From: Malacoraja senta
Taxonomy: Eukaryota
DNA: 64,000 nt
Assembly: GCA_038087875.1 (NCBI GenBank)
Contig: CM075991.1
Coordinates: 1,302,001-1,366,000 of the forward strand
Direction: 5' to 3'
The position numbers and the translations under genes are program-made. Below are positions 16,780-27,866 of the stretch, in pieces. Every line of letters starts with the position of its first letter. The first letter of the stretch is position 1. Below the pieces are notes generated by a model. The model was not told where the DNA came from and made no database searches. It was given only the letters and a program-made list of their open reading frames with translations.

Positions 16780-18070
16780 AGTAGGTAATTTGGCCCTTCG
16801 AGCCAGCACCACCATTCAATGTGATCATGGCTGATCATCCCCAATCAGTGCCCCGTTCCTGCCTTCTCCCCATATCCCCTGACTCCGCTATCTTTAAGAG
16901 CCCTATCTAGCTCTCTCTTGAAAGCATCCAGAGAACCTGCCTCCACCTGAGGCAGAGAATTCCACAGACTCACCACTGTGAGAAAAAGTGTTTCCTCGTC
17001 TCCGTTCTAAATGGCCTACTCCTTATTCTCAAACTGTGGCCCCTGGTTCTGGACTCCCCCAACATCGGGAACATGTTTCCTGCCTCTAGTGTGTCCAAGC
17101 CCCAAATCAAGATGGCGGATGTGCAGGAGTGGGCGCCGGTTGTGCGGGCTGCCTGCCTGCAGTCCGTCCTCTAACCCTTTTTTGTTTATTATTTTGTCTA
17201 TTTTTATTTGGAGGTCTATTCTTTCTCTGTGGGGGGGGGGTGGGGAAACTGTTTCAACTCCAGTCCTACCTGGTCGGAGATGCGGTTTTCCTCCGAATCG
17301 CATCTTCGCTCTCCCCAATCGGCCTTCCATCGGGCTGGAGCGGCGTTTCCTGCCGGGGACCACAGCTTCGGCGGCGCAGCGCTGGGACACCAACACGGAG
17401 CGGGCGATGCCTTGCCGGGTCGCCGCTCCGGAGTGCTGTGACCGCCGACCACCAACATCGAGCAGCCGCGGGCTGCAGTCTGAGGGCATCCCGCCGCGGG
17501 CGGGCGGCGCTGGATCGAAAACACCGCGGAGTCAGAGTCGAAGCTCCAACCGGCGCGGCCTGAAGACTACGGGCGTCACAGTCTCCGGGGAGGGAGCGGC
17601 CCCTCCAGACACTTCCAAGGCCGCTGAGGACTTTCAACCCGATGCCGGTGTTCCAGCTTCCCGGCGGGTGGGTCTATAACATCGGGCTGCCGTTGCGGCG
17701 ACTGGCTGCGGAGCCCTCGGACTGGCCCCGATCTCGGGTGGACTGGGAGGAGGACTGGACATTTTGGTGCCTTTCCCTCACAGTGGAGAGTGTCGACTCT
17801 GCTGTGGCGGGGATGTTCATGTTGAATCTCTAAATAGTGTGTCGTGTCTTTTTTATTCTACCTTTTTATTTTTATTTATATGGTTAATTGTCTGTGAAGC
17901 GCTTTGGTTTCAGTAATCTGATTGAAAGGCGCTATATAAATAAACTTACTTTACTTTACTTACTTTAACAATCTTATATGTTTCAATGAGATATCCTCTC
18001 ATCCTTCAATCCCAGCTGCTCCATTCTCTCAGCATATGACAGTCCCGCCATCCCGGGAATTAACCTTGTA
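16780..18070 (-). mobile_element. CR1 3' fragment interrupted by the 17102-17966 element
   Basis: Near-identical to 13078-13476; continuity gtccaagcc|taacaatcttatatg across the insert. Confidence 0.85.
17102..17966 (+). mobile_element. GC-rich non-autonomous retroposon with L2-like 3' tail and (TTTAC)n end
   Basis: Head caagatggcg; tail aagcgctttgg...gaaaggcgctatataaataaac(ttact)n; 5'-truncated sister copy at 22218-22563. Confidence 0.7.
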
Positions 18071-18539
18071 TTAATTAAAGATGTATGTGTTGGGAACAGC
18101 AACGAAGATACCCAGTTTGTATGCACCAGATTTTTTTAAAATGATTGATAAATGCTGTTTCCATCATTCCCACTTCAGAATTAATGTTAAAATTTCAACT
18201 GAAATATCTCCTGACCAAATTTGTGATGTATATGACCGACTGTAGAAGTAAAACCTGGATAAATCCAACGTATAGTTGTGAATGTTGCTCATTAAATAAC
18301 TACAGTACTGATACTCCATATTAAGAGCATTGATTTGCCGTTAAAATGAATTCTGTAATAACGTGTCAACGGTAGCAGTGACAATCGAACACCGGTTTTA
18401 ATGTTTCACGTGTTCACAATTTAATTAATCCATCTTTATGGATTAAAACAAATAATAACATTGGGAATTAAAACACATTTGATTGCATTCCGTTATCAAA
18501 CATAGTCAATGTTCGCTCTGAAGACATTTCCAGCACAAT

Positions 18540-19480
18540 AGGGTCGGGGTCGGGGGGGGGGGGTGTGAATCAGTGCGGGATGGATAGATGGCGGGGGGTT
18601 GAGAAGGCAGTCGGTGCAGAATGGACGGATTGCAGCAGGGGAATTAGTGCGTGTTGGTTGGAGTAGGTAAAATTGTGAGGGGAGAGCGCGAGGGATGTCT
18701 GGTGTTGAATGGGGGGGGGGATCAGTACGGGATGGACGGGGGGGCGGGATGTGTGCAGATTGGATGGGGGGATCAGTACAGGATGGATGGGGAGGGGTCA
18801 GTACAGGATGAATGGAGGGTTCAGTACAGGATGAATGGGAGTAGACAAAAATGCTGGAGAATCTCACGGGTGAGGCAGCATCTATGGAGCGAAGGAAATA
18901 GGCAACGTTTCGGGACCCTTATTCAGACTGATCCCCCCCATTCTTCTTGAATGGGGGGGATCAGTACAGGATGGATGGGGGGCGGGGATCAGCGCAGGAT
19001 GAATGGGGGGGGGGGTCAGTACAATGTGGATCGGAGGCTCTGTGCAGGATAAATGGGATCACTACAGGATGAATCGGGGGGGATCGCTACAGGATGGATG
19101 GGGGATTAGTAAAAGATTAATGTGGGGATCAGTACAGGATGAATGAGGGGGTCAGTACGGGATGAATGAGGGGATCAGTACGGGATGAATGGGGAGATCA
19201 CTACAGGATGGATGGGGGGTTTGGTGCAGGTTAAATTGAGGGGGGGTCAGTACGGGATGAATGGGGGGATCCGTACAGACTGGATGGGGGGAGCAGCGCA
19301 GGATGAATGGGTAGGGGGGTCAGTACAGGATAAATTGGGGGACCTGTAGGACGGATGGGGAGTGGCAGGAGAATCAATGCGAGGTGGACAGGGTGATCAG
19401 TGCAGGATGAATAGATGGGGAGGGGAGCACATGGGGATGTCTGAGGACTGAATAGAGGTGGGAATGGGGATCAGTGCATG
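18540..19480. repeat. G-rich minisatellite (~22-27 bp unit, gggGATCAGTACAGGATGAATggg)
   Basis: Many degenerate tandem copies; interrupted by a Penelope pLTR at ~18840-18930. Confidence 0.85.
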
Positions 19481-20172
19481 ATGGAGTGGAGGGGTCACAG
19501 GATGTGGGGTGGAGGGGGGCGTACAAGAGGGAGAGAGAGAAAGAGGGGGGGAGGTGGGGAGGAAGGCAGGTCAGGGCTCCTCGGACAACACCGGCATCAT
19601 CGCCCCGCTGCCTTGGCCGTCCCTGTCCACTGCCAAAGGGGGAGGCAGTTGGGATCTCCTCGCCACCGCCTCTCCTCCGCCAGCCAACAGGAAGGTGCGA
19701 GGCCGAGCGGTGCAGGTGCTTCAGACGGCGGTAGGGGGCCTCCCCCTTCCCGGCCTCAGAGTGCGTGAGTGTTTGTTTTGAAAGCGGTTATCGCCGTTGG
19801 CGGAGTGGCAAGCAGCGGCTGCTATCAGGTCGGGTGGGGTGCGGGAGGAGGACGTGGAGCCGCTGCTGCTGTGCGGAGCCCGTCATTCGCTCTGTTCCCT
19901 CCGTCACCCCGCACCTTGTATCTTTGCCCCGCAATAAGCTGTTGCCGCCACCGACACGAAACATCACATTCCTTTTCTCCAGAGATGCTGCCTGACCCGC
20001 TGAGTTACTCTTAAAAAAAAAATATTTATATTAAAAGCATTTGTACAAATAGTAATAAATGATAAATTGGTTACAGAGTTCGTACATAACTTCAATTTTT
20101 TAAGTTTTTATTAAAGAAAAGAAATGAAAGAAAGAGATAAGAGAAACTATAAACTAATAGAAAGAAAGAAAG

Positions 20173-20380
20173 CGTAAAGAAGTGTTATCGACGCACTGTA
20201 ACTACTTCTTTTATTCATGCTGCAGCATTACAGAAAGCACCAGCTGTACGTGGTCTGTCACAGAAACTAGAGAGCGATATGTGGGTGGGGAGGTTGTAAT
20301 TATACTTGTGATATGGGGAGTGGTTAGTAGTGATGAGGTAACTATATTAAAGGCACATGCACATGCATATCTCATCTACA
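20173..20380 (-). repeat. 3' LTR
   Basis: Direct repeat of 21931-22138 (terminal CA mutated to CG); preceded by the PPT. Confidence 0.9.
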
Positions 20381-20450
20381 TCCTTCCCCTTGGAAACGGA
20401 AGGCAAACAAGGTAGTGACAGGGCGACCACGTCTCATGCGCTAGAAACGG

Positions 20451-21931
20451 TTAAGCAAAGTCACCATAGCGGACAGGCGGCTTGACAACACGTCCCGACC
20501 GGGTTAGCATCTCGCCATCCTCCCTCCCGGCAGGAAGAAGAGGAACAGGTGCGGACGGCCGAACTGGAACGGGGGAGCTGGGAGGGGACGGAGAAGACAA
20601 GGGCAGAAAGGCAGGAGGGGATGCGGGTTCAGCAGCGGGCAGCGCGCGGGCAGGCGAGGGAGGGAGAGCCGGAGGAGGATTGGACTGATACAGCTGAGAG
20701 GGTAGAGACCGTGGCATGCGAGGAGTGGCGGGCAGAGCACCGGCCGGGTGCCGAAATTGCAGAGGGGGAGCAAAAAGATCCGCGGGCGGCGGACGTGGCT
20801 CATTGACGAGCCGCAGGTGTTGGCGGGACCGGCGGCAGACCGTTCCCGCATGGTCGACGAGATAGGACCTGGGCGACCCAGCAGAGGCGACGACGGTAGC
20901 GAGCGGGAATGGCCGGAGGGGGTCTGCATGCAGACGACCTGACCGGGGAAAAGGCGCGGCAGGGTGCGGCAGGACTTGTCAAGGGAGCGCTTCTGAACCT
21001 CGTGCTTAAAGGGAATGCGTTCCTGGACAGCAGCAGGCTTGAGGACAGAGGGGATGAGAGAGCGCTGGGCCACTGGGATCGGTGGTCTGGTAGTGCGAGA
21101 CATGAGCCGCTGAGCAGGGGAGCCCATGACAGGGTCGCAGGAGATGTTGCGAAGGTTAAGGAGGGCCATAAAAAAATCGGAGTTAGACAAGTGACATTGT
21201 TCCAGCAAGTTCTTTGCACTGCGGACGGCGCGCTCGGCCAGACCGTTGCTTTGCGGGTACTCAGGGCTGCTGGTGAAGTGGCGGAAGTTCCAGCGGGTTG
21301 CGAAAGCCCTAAACTCGGAGCTCGTGAATTGGCTGCCGTTGTCCGACTGCAGGCTGGCCGGGGTGCCAAAGGTACAGAAATGGCCGCCCAGCTTATCGAC
21401 AACGGCCGAAGAGGTGAGGGAGTGCAGCTGGTCAACCTTGAACCAGCTGGAGTAGGAGTCGACCACGACCAGGAAGTGTTTGCCCCGCCAATCGAAAATG
21501 TCAGCGGCAACCGCCATCGAGGGCAGTTCGGGGGCAGGCTGCTGCAGAAGCGGCTGACTTTGCTGGTGGGGGGCGAGACTGTTGCAGGTGGAACACGAGG
21601 AGACCTTCTCCCGGATGTATTGAGCCATACCAGGCCAGTAGAACTGGCTCTGGGCGTGAGACAAGGTGGCTTCGGCCCCAGGATGACCGCGGTGAGCGGC
21701 CTGAAAATAGTGGTCGTGCAGCGCATCAGGCACAACAACCATGTGACCTTTCACAACCACGCCGTCATGAAGTACGAGCTCATCACGGATCAGGAAGTAG
21801 GGCACGGCGCCAGCCTGCAAAGCGGAACGACGGTCGGGCCAGCCCTGCTGGATGATGGCAGAAAGCTGTTGCAGGGCACGATCATCGGCAGTGTGCTCGA
21901 CCAGGGACTCCCCACCCACTTCTGACACCAT
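20451..21931 (-). CDS. Gypsy-type integrase, one frameshift near 20903
   Basis: HRGH...CSTC zinc finger; D (VAADIF), D (SDNG), 35 aa, E (GLAERAV); C-terminus PRSYLV...TRSGRVVKPPVRYGDFA* in the next frame. Confidence 0.8.
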
Positions 21932-22138
21932 GTAAAGAAGTGTTATCGACGCACTGTAACTTTACTTCTTTTATTCATGCTGCAGCATTACAGAAAACTC
22001 TAGCTGTACGTGGTCTGAACGGAAACTAGAGAGCGATATGTGGGTGGGAGGTTGTAATTATACTTGTGATATGGGGAGTGGTTAGTAGTGATGAGGTAAC
22101 TATATTAAAGGCAAATGCACATGCATATCTCATCTACA
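21931..22138 (-). repeat. 5' LTR
   Basis: TG...CA ends; AATAAA on the minus strand; followed directly by the PBS. Confidence 0.9.
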
Positions 22139-22217
22139 GAAAGGAAGAAAGGAGATTACAAATATAAAGATTGTGAAGATAGACCCGGGAGATGTTGAGT
22201 ATATTTGTTCATTTCCG

Positions 22218-22563
22218 GGCCGCTGAGGACTTTTCCACCCGATGCCAGTGTTCCAGCTTCCCGGCGGGTGGGCCTACAACATCGCGCTGCCATTGCAGCG
22301 ACTGGCTGCGGAGCCCTCAGACTGACCCCGATCCCGGGTGGACTAGGAGGAGGACTGGACATTTTGCTGCCTTTCCCTCACAGTGGAGAGTGTCGACTCT
22401 GCTGTGGGGGGATGTTCGTGTTGAGTCTCTGATAGTGTGTCGTGTCTTTTTTATTCTACCTTTTCATTTTTTATTTGTGTGGATAATTCTCTGTAAAGCA
22501 CTTTGGTTTCAGTGATCTGATTGAAAAGCACTATATAAATAAACTTACTTTACTTTACTTTAC
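22218..22563 (+). mobile_element. 5'-truncated copy of the 17102-17966 retroposon
   Basis: Aligns by eye with 17619-17966 including the (TTTAC)n tail. Confidence 0.8.
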
Positions 22564-25089
22564 ATCCAACCCTAAACTCAAGTTTTGACTTTAATTTTGT
22601 GTTTACTTTTAGTTTACTTTAAAAAAAATTCAATAAATGGAGACCATATTTTAAAAAATAGTTCTGGTTTGTCAATTAAGACAAATCTTATTTTCTCCAA
22701 ATGCAAGGTCTCAGTCATTTCCGTAATCCAATTTTAATTGTGGGGGATGCTGTTTTCCCCCAAAATTTAAGTATTAATTTTTTCGCAGTTATTAAACTGT
22801 AATCAAGAAAGTGTCTCTGGCTTATCGTAAAGTTGGTGTTATGTTCTGGTAATCCTAATATTATTAATTTTGGATCTGGGTCCAGTTGATTATCGATAAC
22901 TTTAGAGATAATTTTTTAAATGTCCATCCAAAAATTTTGCATTTTCATACAAGTTACAAAAGTGTGAATTGGCTTCTAGAAATTGACATTTATCACAGAG
23001 AGGAAATACTTGGGAAAATCCTGTTTAATTTTGTCTTCGAATAGTGTAAACTATGTAATATTTTAAATTGTATTAAGGAATGTCTAGTGTTTAATGAGCA
23101 ATGATGTAAATATTGTAAACTTTCATCCCATATGTCTTTCATTATGGGTTGAGCCAGTTCATCCTCCCATGCTCGTCTATATGACTCTGATGACGGAATG
23201 TCAGTATCTAAAAGGGTATTATAGATATAAGATATTAGTTTATTTGTATTACGATGTCGGTTCAGACATTCATCAAGGATTTCTGGACCCCTAAATCTAT
23301 AATCTTGCGTATGTAATTTTACATAATCTCTAAGTTGTAAATATCTAAAAAAATTATTAACATGTAGTTCGTACTTCTGCTGTAATTCCTGAAAAGAGAG
23401 AAATGTCCCCTTTTGATTAAGGTCTCCCACCATTTTAATTCCATGAGTTTTCCATTGAACAAATCCTCTATCTAAGACAGATGGTTTGAAGGAAGGATTA
23501 TTTGCGATAGGGAGAAAGAGTGATAAATTACCCAATTTTAAAGTAAATTTTAATTGTTTCCAGATACGGATAACACTATGTATAATCGGATTTCCTCCAC
23601 ATGTTTTTTAATTCAAATTTATTGGAGCTAAAAGAATCGAGCCTATGTCAAAAGGTAAACAATCCTCCTTCCCCATCTTTAGCCAATCTGGCTGCTGATC
23701 AGTGTCATCCAGCCAGGTTATATATTTAATATTAACCGCCCAATAATAAAATTAAAAGTTTGGTAAAGCTAATCCTCTGTTAGCTTTAGACTTACATAAA
23801 TGTCTTTTATTTATTCTATGGGTCTTATAATCCCAAATGAAATTAGTCACAATTGAATCAATTTTTTTTGGAAGATATATACTTTATTTGGAAGATATAT
23901 TGATTGGAATAAGTATAATGGTTGTGGGAAAAAGATCATCTTTATAGCATTAATTCTACCAACTAGTGAGATGGGAAGTGTTTTCCAAAATTGGATGTTT
24001 CTGTGTAATTTAGTAACTAAAAAAGGAAAATTTGATTTGAATAGATTTGAGTATATTTCCTGGTCACATAGATTTCCAAGGTATTTAAACTTTTCGTAGG
24101 CAATTTTAAAAGGTAATTGTTGAAGTATAGACGGATTTTGTTCCATTATTAGCATAATTTCGCTTTTATTCCAATTAATTCTATATCCGGAGAATGAGTC
24201 AAATTGAGTTATGAGATTTAATAAACTCGGAATGCTAATTTCAGGGTTTGTGATGTCTAATAATACATCATCTGCGTATAAAGAAATGTTACTAACTGTA
24301 TGTTTAGTATTGTACCCATGGATGTCTGGCTGAGATCTGATACTCTCGGCGAGAGGATCTATAACGAGGGGATAGTGGACAACCTCTAGATAAGTGAAAT
24401 TTGGGTGACAACATTTGGTTTGTCAGTATTCTAGCTGTTGGGGTTTTATATAGGTTCACCCATGAGCAAGTTTTCACCGAGTTGAAATTTTTCCATCACA
24501 GAGAAAAGATAGGACCATTCCACTTGATCAAATGCTTTTTTAGCATCTAGCGAGATAATTGCTAAGTATTCATATAATATTCTATTTGAATATATTATAT
24601 TAAACAAGCATCTCAAATTGAAGAATGAATATCGTTTATAAAGCCTGATCGGTCAGGGTGTATTAATTTATCGATAACTAAACTTAATCTGTGGGCTAAA
24701 ATTTTAGCTAATATCTTCTGATCAGTGTTTAAAAGGGCTACGGCTCTATACGAGCCAGGGTCTTCAAGATCCTTATCTCTTTTTGGGATAAGTGTTATTG
24801 TTGATTCAGTCAGTGTTGGTGGTAATATCTGTTGTTTAAAGGCATAGCTATATAAAGTTTGTAAGCGTGGGGAGACCCGTCACTAAATGTTTTATAAAAT
24901 TCATTGTTCAGGCCATCGGGGCCAGGGGTCTTCCCGTTACTCCAGTTTTTGTGTCTATCTTCGGTATAAACCAGTATCTGCAGTGCCAAGCCGGGCAAAA
25001 TGACTCGGCATTTAGGTTGCCCGGCGGCCACTTTGGGTGGCAACCGCTAATTTCAAGCCCTGATCCAAAACAACCTTCAGAATTAAAGC

Positions 25090-25536
25090 TGGCCACTTTA
25101 ATTCTCCTTCCCATTCCCACAGAGCTTTCTGTCCTCGGTAGGTCTCCTCCATTGTCAGTGAGGCTAAATGCAAATTGGAGGAACAGCATCTCATATTTTG
25201 CTTGGGCAGCTTACAGTCCAGTGGTATGAATATTGATTTCTCTCACTTCAGGTAGCCCCGGCATTCCCCCTCTCTATCCCTCCCCCAACCGTTACACTAG
25301 CTTCTCATTTTCACCCTACAAACAACTAACTAAATGGCCTGTTTCCTTGATCATTACTTTTTTGAATATCTTTCATTCATTGTTCTTTATCTCACCACAC
25401 CACCATCTATATCTCTCGTTTCCCTTATCTCTAACCAGTCTGAACAAGGGTCTCGACTCGAAACGTCACGCATTCCTTCTCTCCAGAGATGCTGCCTGTC
25501 CCTCTGAGTTACTCCAGCTTTTTGTGTCTATCTTCT
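25090..25536 (+). mobile_element. Penelope-like element 3' fragment
   Basis: HFNSPSH...LLHCQSEAKCKLEEQHLIFCLGSLQSSGMNIDFS (GIY-YIG C-terminus) then pLTR with a degenerate hammerhead core at ~25440-25468. Confidence 0.75.
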
Positions 25537-25574
25537 GAATGTACTTGGGTGAGGGAAGTATTATTTGTTAGGAA

Positions 25575-26290
25575 AGCCAAAATGCAGGAGTTACTCTGGG
25601 TCAGGCAGCATCCCTGGAGAACATGGATAGGTTGGGGCCCTTCATCAGGTTGATTGCAGGGGTGGGAAGACAGAAAGCTGGAGAGTGGAGGAGAAAGACA
25701 AAACGTGGCAGGTTATATGTGAACACAGGCAGGGGTGGGGGTGTGATAGGCAGATGGTTGGACAGGTCAGAGCTGGACACACAAGATATCAGGCAAAAGG
25801 ATGAGTTCCAAATTGTGTACCTAGTATTGACAGTACAAATTGTTTAGGAATAGGGGTGGGGGGAGATTGTGGCAAGCTCAGCGTTGTAAGCTACCCAAAT
25901 GGAATATGAGGTGCTGTTCCTCCAGTTTGCATGTGGCCTCACTCTGGCAATGGAGGAGGCCCAGTACAGAAATGCGAGTATGGGAAGGGGAGTTAAAATG
26001 GTTAGCAACAGGAGGATCCTGCCTTGGTGGACCGAGTGCAAATGTTTGGGAAAATGGTTGCCAGGTCTGTGCTTCATCCCGTCTATATACTGGAGACCAC
26101 ATCAGGAATACCAGGTGCAGATTAGGTTGGAAGATGTTCACGTGAATCTATCACACGTGAAAGGACTGTTGGGGGTCCCTTGAAGGCAGTGAGGTAGGTG
26201 ACCTGGAGACATGTGTTGCATCTCCTGCAGTTGCAAGGGTAAGTACTTAGAGAGGGGGTGGTTTGGGATAAGTGAACAAAGGGAGTTTGT
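25575..26290 (-). mobile_element. Penelope-like element fragment (GIY-YIG region)
   Basis: PPVANHFNSPSHTRISVLGLLHCQSEATCKLEEQHLIFHLGSLQ in ORF 25878-26141. Confidence 0.75.
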
Positions 26291-26403
26291 TGTCTATTTG
26301 TAATTCAGTAGGCATCTTGTTGAAAGCCAGACATTGGAACTAAACATAGACCAGCCTATGCTGCACAATTGAAAGTCTGTGACTCTGGTTCTGCAACTAC
26401 TTA

Positions 26404-26690
26404 GGGGTGGCACAGTGGGGCAACTGGTACAGTTGCTGCCTCTCAGCACAAGAGACCCAGGTTCAATCCTAACTTCAGGTGCTGTATAGTTTCAGTATTC
26501 TCCCTGTGACCGTATGGGCTTCATCCTATTGACAAACACAGGTTTATATGTTAATTGGCTGCCGTAAATTGCCCCTCGTGTCAAGGCAGTGGTGGGACAT
26601 CATAAAACTAGTGTGAATGGGTAGTCAATGGTCATGTTAGCCATGGGGGCGAGTTGGGCCGAAGGGCCTATTTCCACACTGTATCACTCT
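26404..26690 (+). mobile_element. tRNA-derived V-type SINE, degenerate
   Basis: Similar head and tail to 8595-8914. Confidence 0.7.
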
Positions 26691-26957
26691 ATATACATAG
26701 TGAGCCAAAGGACCTACTTCCATGTCGTTTTCATTGGTTCACTTATCTGAATTAGATGGTTTTAAGAATAGAAATAATAGGCCTCTAATTTGACATTCAA
26801 TAAGATCATGGCTGGTTATCTTTAGGTCAGAAATAAATACTTAAAGCTGACCCTAACATACATGATTAAGAAGGAACTGCAGATGCTGGAAAATCGAAGG
26901 TAGACAAAAATGCTGGAGAAACTCAGGTGAGGCAGCACGTATGGAGCTAAGGAAATA

Positions 26958-26988
26958 GGCAACGTTTCGGGTCGAGACCCTTCTTCAG
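26958..26988 (-). ncRNA. Minimal hammerhead ribozyme motif in a Penelope pLTR (best-preserved copy)
   Basis: Minus strand CTGAAGA-A-GGGTC-TC-GACCC-GAAAC-GTT. Confidence 0.55.
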
Positions 26989-27092
26989 TATGTATCTTAC
27001 CATGTACCACACAGGATGAAATGCAGTTTAAGTAAGAAAAAGTGACAAAACTACCGGTAAACATCTTAGTTGTTAACATGAGCATGAATTAT

Positions 27093-27098
27093 TTTATT
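27093..27098 (-). terminator. Possible polyadenylation signal of CIAO1
   Basis: AATAAA on the minus strand ~390 nt after the stop. Confidence 0.4.
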
Positions 27099-27483
27099 AA
27101 ACAGCTTTTTTTTTGGAATTCACTCATGATAAATATCAGAACATGGGCTAGGGAAAATTCCAGTTTTATATCCGGTGAAACGTCAAGAACTAGCCACGTT
27201 TAAACACAATAGGAACACGAGAAATGTGTAATCTAATATTACAAGATGATTTTATACTAAATGTAGATCTAAAACAAATGGTAATTGTATTTTTTGGCAA
27301 ATTATACTTAATGGTAACCAATGCTCTGTACAACATTTACTGGCAGGTAGAACCTCAAGTAGCAAAATATTTAGTGCAAATTTGAAAATGGTTACATGAA
27401 GTAGTCAGTGATTAATTTAAAAACTGCGGCCTTTGCACACTGCAAAGCAGGGAACACCTGTATTAATTGTTCATATAGAACAA

Positions 27484-27719
27484 CTAATCTTCAAAGTCAT
27501 ATCTCCAGATGCTGATGTCCCCCATCATCGCTACACGATGCCAGGAGTCCAGCCTCTTTTGGGTTCCACACCACACAGTTGACATCCTGAGTGTGTGCTT
27601 TTGGGACATTTGCTGTGAGTGAGAATGTTGGCTGGTGTGGATCTGAGCCAGGATCCTCCTCAAATATCCTGACCGCATCGTCCCCACAAGCCGTTGCTAT
27701 GGCACCTGTTAGGTGACAC
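27484..27719 (-). CDS. CIAO1: CIAO1 last coding exon (apparent +1 G near 27521)
   Basis: ttcag|G TGT; CHLTGAIATACGDDAVRIFEEDPGSDPHQPTFSLTANVPKAHTQDVNCVVWNPKEAGLLASCSDDG, then DISIWRYDFED* after removing one G from a G5 run. Confidence 0.9.
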
Positions 27720-27866
27720 CTGAAAGAAAAGATCCAATGTTGATTTGTTATGTGATGGATCTTTATTTTTAATAAGGTTACTTAAATTCAGGAAATTATC
27801 TAGATAACGTAAATTTTCCTGAAATCCACGTTAGAAACTAGATTACATCAAAGGATATAAAGGAGA

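Larger units (their letters stand above)
20173..22138 (-). mobile_element. Internally deleted Gypsy/Ty3-type LTR retrotransposon encoding integrase only
   Basis: 208-bp LTRs at 21931-22138 and 20173-20380; 5-bp TSD GAAAG; PBS TGGTGTCAGAAGTGGG; PPT AAGGGGAAGGA. Confidence 0.92.
20011..24935 (-). mobile_element. 5'-truncated L1-clade LINE
   Basis: Starts at GKTPGPDGLNNEFYKTF; later LPISLVGRINAIKM and LIQFKILHSLHYS; 7-bp TSD GTTACTC at 20004-20010 and 24936-24942 within a Penelope pLTR. Confidence 0.85.
16060..25062. mobile_element. Putative hAT-like DNA element, expanded by nested insertions
   Basis: CAGGGCT at 16060 and AGCCCTG at 25062; subterminal GCCGGGCAACCTA inverted at both ends; no clean 8-bp TSD. 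Confidence 0.5.

Noticed and set aside
17011..17833. Several overlapping 100-220 aa ORFs
   Set aside because: Stop-poor GC-rich retroposon body; no protein motifs recognised.
20909..21925. 338-aa ORF on the + strand
   Set aside because: Antisense shadow of the GC-rich integrase ORF; no recognisable domain.
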